Assembly: GCA_951406725.2 (NCBI GenBank)
Contig: OX597815.1
Location: forward strand, 109,120,001-109,184,000
Source of the DNA: Octopus vulgaris
Lineage: Eukaryota
Length of the DNA: 64,000 bases
Direction: 5' to 3'
Position numbers and translations under genes: made by a program
Notes under the pieces: generated by a model
Told to the model about the DNA's origin: nothing
What the model saw: the letters and a program-made list of their open reading frames with translations, nothing else
Databases searched by the model: none
Shown: piece by piece, positions 57,431 to 64,000 of the stretch
Layout: every line of letters begins with the position of its first letter
Position numbering within the stretch: position 1 is the stretch's first letter

Positions 57431-58800
57431 TTAGGAATTGTTGTAGCAGAAAATGTGTGTGTTGATGTCAAGAAAAAGAAACATAATGGAAGCGACAAAA
57501 GAAAATATCCATAGTGGAAAAGAAGAATCCAGGCAGGGTTAGACATGCTCTAGGAGGAAATCTCTGTGTTAGACAGAAAAGAGAAAGGGGGCTTAAAAGC
57601 GAAAAAATAAATACAGGGCGTTGAAAAGGAAGTGTGATATTGAAAGAAAGGGCCTGAAAGTAGTAATTGAGGAATGAAACAGCGCCTCGTTGCAAAGAAA
57701 GCAAATATGGTAAGATACGACCAAAGAATGAAGGATTACCAGCCGAATAGGTTATTCAGAGTAGATCAGAAGAGATTTTATAAAGAAATAAATGGTGAGT
57801 GTACAGATGAAAAGTTGATACCAGATAAAATTGAAAGTCAAAGGTTTTAGAGTGACATCTGGAGCAAACACAAGGAACACAAGAAGGATGCTGAATGTTT
57901 GCAAGCACTGAAATAAACAGTAATCTCTCAAAAACAGACAGAACTAATCATTTCAGTTGGGGAAAGGAAGGAAATCAGCAAAAAAATTAACAAGTGGAAG
58001 GCCCCGGGAACAGTTGGAGTTAAATGCTACTGGATCAAAACATTTGGTGAATGTCATGCACAAATAGCTGCGCAACTCAACACCGACCAAGTAACACCAG
58101 AGTGGTTGACATTGGGCAGGACAGCGCTGTGCCTTAAAAACATCGCAATACAGTAGACAATTACAGGCCGATATCCTGTTTGCCCCTTATATGGCATACT
58201 CGCAGAGTCAATGTACGAACACCTGGGGAAAAAATGGAGTCATGCCACATGAGCACAAGTGTTGCAAGCGTAAGTGCAGAGGTACCAATGAACAATTCCT
58301 GATAGACAAAACTGTACTTACAGACTGCAAGAGGAGGAAAAGTAACTTAGCCATGTCATGGATCGACTATCAAAAGGAGTATGATATGATCCCACATTCT
58401 TGGATTATGGAATGGATGAACCTATTTGGTATTGCATCGAATGTTGAGCGATTGCTTGGAAAAAGTATGGCGAATTGGAGAACGGACCTAACAGCATAGG
58501 GAAGGAGTTTAGGGACAGTAGAAATTAAGAGGGGCATGTTCCAAGGGGACTGCATGTCCCTACTGATCCTGAGAAAGTAAAAGGGTATATATTCAAAACG
58601 CCGCCAACAAAAAGTCAACCATTTGTTATTCATAGATGACCTCAAAGTTTATGGTTAAGATGAAGCCCAAGTCAGTTCCCTCGTTGATACGGTGTATACC
58701 TTCAGTGCTAATATCAGAATGAAATTCAAATGTATGAACGGGCTAACGATACCGTCGGGGGAGGTTATGAAACAGAGAAGAGACGGGCTATAAGTCCTTA

Positions 58801-58996
58801 CTCTTTTACTTGTTTCAGTCATTTGACTGTGGCCATACTGGAGCACATCGATCCCAGGACTTATTCTTTGTAAGCCTGGTACTTATTCTATCGATATATT
58901 TTGCCGAACCGCAAAGTTACGGGAACGTAAATACACCAGCATCGATCGTCAAGCGATGTTGGAGTGACAAACACAGACACACAAACATATACACGC

Positions 58997-59049
<53 letters not shown>

Positions 59050-59207
59050 TACGACAGGGTTCTTTCAGTTTCCGTCTACCAAATCCACTCACAAGGCTTT
59101 GGTTGGCTTGAGGCTATAGTAGAAGACACATACCCAAGGTGCCACGCAGTGGAACTGAACTCGGAACTGTGTGGTTCGTAAGCAAGCTACTTACTACACG
59201 GCACTCC
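58801..59207 (-). mobile_element. CORE-type tRNA SINE with internal (TA)n, inserted in the Dong RT
   Basis: Minus-strand tRNA head with GAGTTCAGTTCC B-box; CORE-like ACCTTGGG; tail GTGCTCCAGTATGGCCACAGTCAAATGACTGAAAC; interrupts GYK/YLGISE. Confidence 0.85.
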
Positions 59208-59954
59208 TACGACTACTTGGGGATTTCGGAAATGGATAAATTGATGGAGAAAGAAATGACAGAAAAATTTAAGGTGGAATATTTGCACAGATTGAGACTG
59301 ATCTTTAAGTCGAAATTAAACGGACGGAACAAGATCGAAGCTATCAACATCTGGGTGGTTTCACTCCTCAGATGTGGAGCAGGGGTAACGGCATGGACAC
59401 TAGACGAACTAAACACCTTGGACAGAAAGACAAGGAAGTTGCTAACTAGATATGGGTCACTCCGCTCAAAAAGTAACACAGACCAACTGTATGTACCAAG
59501 AAAAAGAGGGGGAAGAGGACTTATTGGATGCGAACACAGCATTAGAGCAAAAGAAACCAACATGGGATGGTATGTAAAAAATGTCACAGAACTGTTATTA
59601 TTAGAAGTAAGAAGGCAGGCTTGTGTAGGATGAAAGATTGCAAAGATAAAGCACTATACAAGAAATTGAAAACGAATGAAACTGAAAATAGGTGGGTAAA
59701 GAAAAGAATGCATGGTCAATTTCATAGGTATTTTGAAGATAAGGCAGAGAAAAAAGATGGCGGTGGATGACTAAAAGGGAATTAAACCGGAAACAGAGGC
59801 ACTAATTTGTGCTGCCCTAGAGCAAACACTAAGAACTAACTACATAAAATGCAGAATAGACAACACATCAGAAAGTGATAAGTGCAGAATCTGTGGACAA
59901 AACGATGAAACCGTATGGCATATTACCAGCCAATGTACGTCACTAGCCCAGAAG

Positions 59955-60067
59955 GAATATAAGAGACGCCACTATATAAGATTATAAGAATATAAGAGAC
60001 GCCACTATATAAGATTATAAGAATATAAGAGACGCCACTATATAAGATTATAAGAATATAAGAGACG
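59955..60067 (+). repeat. 33-bp tandem repeat, 3.4 copies
   Basis: GAATATAAGAGACGCCACTATATAAGATTATAA at 59955, 59988, 60021, partial at 60054. Confidence 0.95.
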
Positions 60068-60656
60068 ACAATATAGCCAGGCTTGTCCATTGTACACCTT
60101 TGTAACAAGTATGGACTTGACAGAGCAAAAAATTGGTACGGCCACAAACCTGAAGGCATCGTCGAAAATAGAAATGCAAAGATCCTATGGGGTTTTGTGA
60201 TTCAATGCGACCATAAGATAGAGAATAGGAAGCCAGATATAGTCTTAATTGAGAAAGAAAACAAACTGTGCTGGATCATAGCTATAGCATGCCCAGCTGA
60301 CAAGGTATGCAATAAGGAAGAAAGAAAATCGAGAGATATGACAGGTTAGCTTGGGAATTTAAGCAGTTGTGGTCGATGAAAAAAGTAGTGGTAGTACCAA
60401 TAACTGTTGGAGCAGTGAGCACGATAAATACGTGGAACAGATACAGGCTGCAATAAGGGTGGAGCACTTGCAGAAAACAGCACTGCTTGGAACCGCTCGA
60501 AAATTCTGGAAGGTGCTCGAAAAATAAGAGTTGTTACCTTAGTTCACTTGTAGTGAACTGCTGACACGGTAGTACATCCCCAGTGCTAGAAGCTGTACAA
60601 AGGCAATGATGATGATGATGATGATGATGATAATAATAATAATAATAGTAATAGTA

Positions 60657-60754
<98 letters not shown>

Positions 60755-60824
60755 AAACGAAAATGCAAAATTTACCACCTTTATGAATGGAGATAAATTC
60801 TACCTCATATGTTGAAGGAAATTA

Positions 60825-62147
60825 CGTAAGATCTTCTGGGTGAACAGCATTCTTTGTTTTCTGGTTTGGAGTATAACCAAATAAATATTGCAAATTACCT
60901 ATCCTGGAGCAACCAACATAACGATGACCATGAGAAAAGGAAGCCAGTAGATTTCAGAGACTGACCTTGAGCTTTGTTAATAGACATTGCAAATCCAAGT
61001 CGCACTATGAATTGTGATCATTTGAACTCAAATGGCATGTATGTTGGTTTGATTAGAATTCTTGGAACGAAAGCCTTTTCCCCAGAGGCATATCCATTGA
61101 TGATGGTTGCTTCTGTCACATCAGGTGATAATGTCTTCTCAATCAACCTTGTCCCATTGCATAATTTAGGAGGATCTAAATTTCTTAGAATCATTTTTAG
61201 GTTTCCTACCTTCAGAAAAAGTTTATGTGGAGAACTTCCAGATGGCTCAAGAGAATTACGGAACTCTGTTGTGTAAAGGGCAGCTTGATTTTCATCAAGG
61301 ACTGAATCAACTGATTTATACTTCTTAATGATTGTTGGAATCTTACTCATTACTTCATGGTTATTCCTTGCTACTGTCTAATTTTTTTGAGCAAGAATTG
61401 CTCTTTCACACAACCATTTATGTGAATTATAACTACTTTAGTCTGGAAATACCCTGTTCTTAAATTCAGCTGGGGAATTCCTCATGATAGCAATATGAAC
61501 CAAACTGATATCACCATTACCATCAAATGGTACTTTCCTATATCGTAACTGGAGGAGCCAGGTTGAAAACTGTTTTGCACATTGGTCCTCATGTAATAAA
61601 CTCGCACATTAGTTTTGAAGGAGAATTTCAGTATTTTATTCCATAGGAGTGAAGATTTAATGCATGATTTTATTTCATCAGATCTTGTTCGTCTCGGAAT
61701 AAGTGGTAATCTGAAGTCTCCTGATAAATCTAATGTAAGTCAGCTTCCATTGCACCTCTATGTGCCATAGTGCATTCATCCCAAATGATAAGTTGGCATT
61801 GGCACAATACTTCTGCTGAACCTGAATCTTTGCGTATGTTATAAATCGGACTGTCATTTGTGACCAGGTTTAGAGGTAATTTAAAAGCAGAATGCGCTGT
61901 CCGTCATCCTAGGGGAATGGTGGCAGCAAAGCCAGACAATGGTACACCAACTGCTATTCATTTTTGCTGCCTTACCTCGGAGAGAAGCAATGTTACAAAT
62001 GTTTTACCTGTGCCACCAGGAGCATCAAGAAAGGAAATTCCTCTGCCTTTTCTGGCGATTGTGGAACGCGCACGCACGCACGTACACGTACACACACAGC
62101 TACATATACATGCAGTATCAAGCATTAGATGAAATGGACGTGTGTGT

Positions 62148-62182
<35 letters not shown>

Positions 62183-63054
62183 TGATGGGGGTGTTGTCAT
62201 ATATACGCACGTACATAAATAAATAGACATATATCTTTCTTGTACGTATGTGTGCGTGTGTGTGAGAGAGAGAGAGAGAAAGAGAAGGTCACTTAGACAT
62301 CACACTCTCTCTCTCTCTCACACAGACACACATACACATACATAGAATAAATGGCTGTATATGAATATATGTATGTACGTATACGTGACAACACACCCCT
62401 TCACTCACGCACACACACACACACACATATATATATATAAATGTATACAAACGTACATACAAAAACACACGGGAATTAACGAATTGTATGAGTTCAGAAC
62501 GAAATCAAACATGGAGAGAGAGAGAGAGAGTGTGTGTGTTTGTGTGTGTGTGTGTGTGTGTGTATTTATGTGTGTATGTGTGTGCGTGCGTGTTAGCATA
62601 TGTGCGTGTGTGTGTGAGAGGTGGAGGTGGAGAGAGAGAGAGAGGGAGGGGAAAGAGAACATTTCAAACAATGAATGAGATAAACATGGAATGAAAAAAT
62701 CGTATAAATAAAAGCCCGTTAAAATCTATCGCGTACCGAATATTTAAATTTGTGAACTTCGTAAATATTCCTTTCAGCAAATCATCGTAGTTGTTTACAA
62801 ATAGCGAACATTAAAACAGAGAGTGAGAGACTTGGCCGTTTTTACGTCAACACCGGAAGTTGACATTGAGAAACCTTTTTAAAAAAGTGAATCATAAATA
62901 TGAAGCAATATCTTTTATTTAAAAAAAAAAATCAGATGAAGACTCTATTATATATCCGAGGTCAAATTCATGCATCACAAGTATGGAAGTAATTGGTGAA
63001 GTCGTTTTTACATGAAAAACAAATATACACACATCTCTATTTTTATATATTAGA
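60825..63054 (-). mobile_element. Helitron remnant: Pif1 helicase (60825-62055) and a probable 5' end at 63054
   Basis: FLDAPGGTGKTF, ILRNLDPPKLCNGTRL, AMSINKAQGQSL; minus strand starts TCTAATATATAAAAAT at 63054; linkage of the two parts is inferred. Confidence 0.7.
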
Positions 63055-64000
63055 AAAAAATATATGCAGTCTTGAAAAGATTTATGGAAAGTGTGATATT
63101 TTCTTTTTTTTTTTTTCTTTATCTCTTCTTTTTTTCTTTATCTTAGAGCGTTAGTAGTTTAACAAATGGGGTTCAGAGAGCGAATGTTCTTCGTGTCTGC
63201 ATATATGGTAACTGTTTCCAATGAGTTCTACATTGTAAAGGTGCCTTAGAATAGCTAATATTTTAGTTTTAACTGCAAATAATATTCATAACCCATTTTC
63301 GATGTATTCTTTGAAACGTACATATTGGCTTCAAGCAACTATTTCATTATGATAATCCATCGTTGAGTAATGGAAGGCACACTTCTTCGTAGACATAATG
63401 CCCTAGACTTTTCGTCAATAGCTGGATCATTTCGAATTTACAACTAAAATATTTTTCAATGTTGTGTTTCGTAGTGGTCAGGGGATACAAGTGGGATAGT
63501 CATATTTTCATAATATATGGAGGAATTAGCAGTTTGAATTTGAAACTAAGGAACCAGGCAGAATATGTTTAGACTACATATAGTATTTTGTTGCTTACTT
63601 ATTACGGAGTTCTAAAAATCTTTAATTTGCGTTGCCAAAATAACTAATAGACAGTGACACAGTTAGATACACGTTGCTTCAAATTAATGAGTCCCAATAT
63701 TAGGTATGATATTTAATTCTAATGTAATTCATGAATATTGTATATCATTGACATTAACGAACTCTTTTCTTTATAAATTTCATTTGGCAAGCATCTGCAT
63801 CTATATTCATCAGTTTATTAGCATTCCGTGAATTACATTTAATTGCTAAATCCAAATGCTATACTCTAGGTATTCCTTTAAATTTGCAATATATTTATAG
63901 TGCTAATAATTAGCTATATTTTTAATGTAAGCGATTGAAATAACATTACATTTGCTACACCACTTTTATAACTATTCATCTTCACCAGAAGGTCAAAATG

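Larger units (their letters stand above)
57440..60604 (+). mobile_element. Decayed R4/Dong-type LINE ending in (ATG)n/(ATA)n
   Basis: [44 protein letters not shown] fragments; microsatellite 60605-60755 at the 3' end. Confidence 0.88.

Noticed and set aside
59955-60067. 33-bp repeats as a CRISPR array
   Set aside because: No spacers; simple tandem slippage inside a LINE, eukaryotic context.
63060-64000. Unique AT-rich tail of the window
   Set aside because: No ORF, repeat or structure recognised.

Overview
Repeat-saturated animal genomic DNA. The SINE families and microsatellite load point to an octopus or other coleoid cephalopod (inference from remembered consensus sequences, not a search). 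No intact host gene is recognisable. The window is a nest of mostly decayed mobile elements: R4/Dong RLE-LINEs sitting in (TAA)n, Tx1/L1-like LINEs sitting in (GATA)n, several CR1/L2-group LINEs (two near full length), RTE fragments, Penelope-like remnants with hammerhead-ribozyme motifs and terminal palindromes, two mariners, a Chapaev3-like transposon, two Helitron remnants, a Gypsy LTR/PBS/gag remnant and tRNA-derived SINEs. Best leads: (i) a (GATA)n-targeting Tx1 family plus a SINE that shares its 3' tail and its ATCT junction; (ii) a ~550-bp non-coding, non-tRNA element inserted in (TAA)n like Dong; (iii) an extremely AT-drifted, tandemly duplicated Penelope RT relic ending in a hammerhead; (iv) a pLTR copy that starts at a hammerhead cleavage site; (v) phase-compatible small exons of an unidentified minus-strand (pseudo)gene inside a local duplication. 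Most ORFs in the track are microsatellite or antisense artefacts. Boundaries of decayed elements are approximate.
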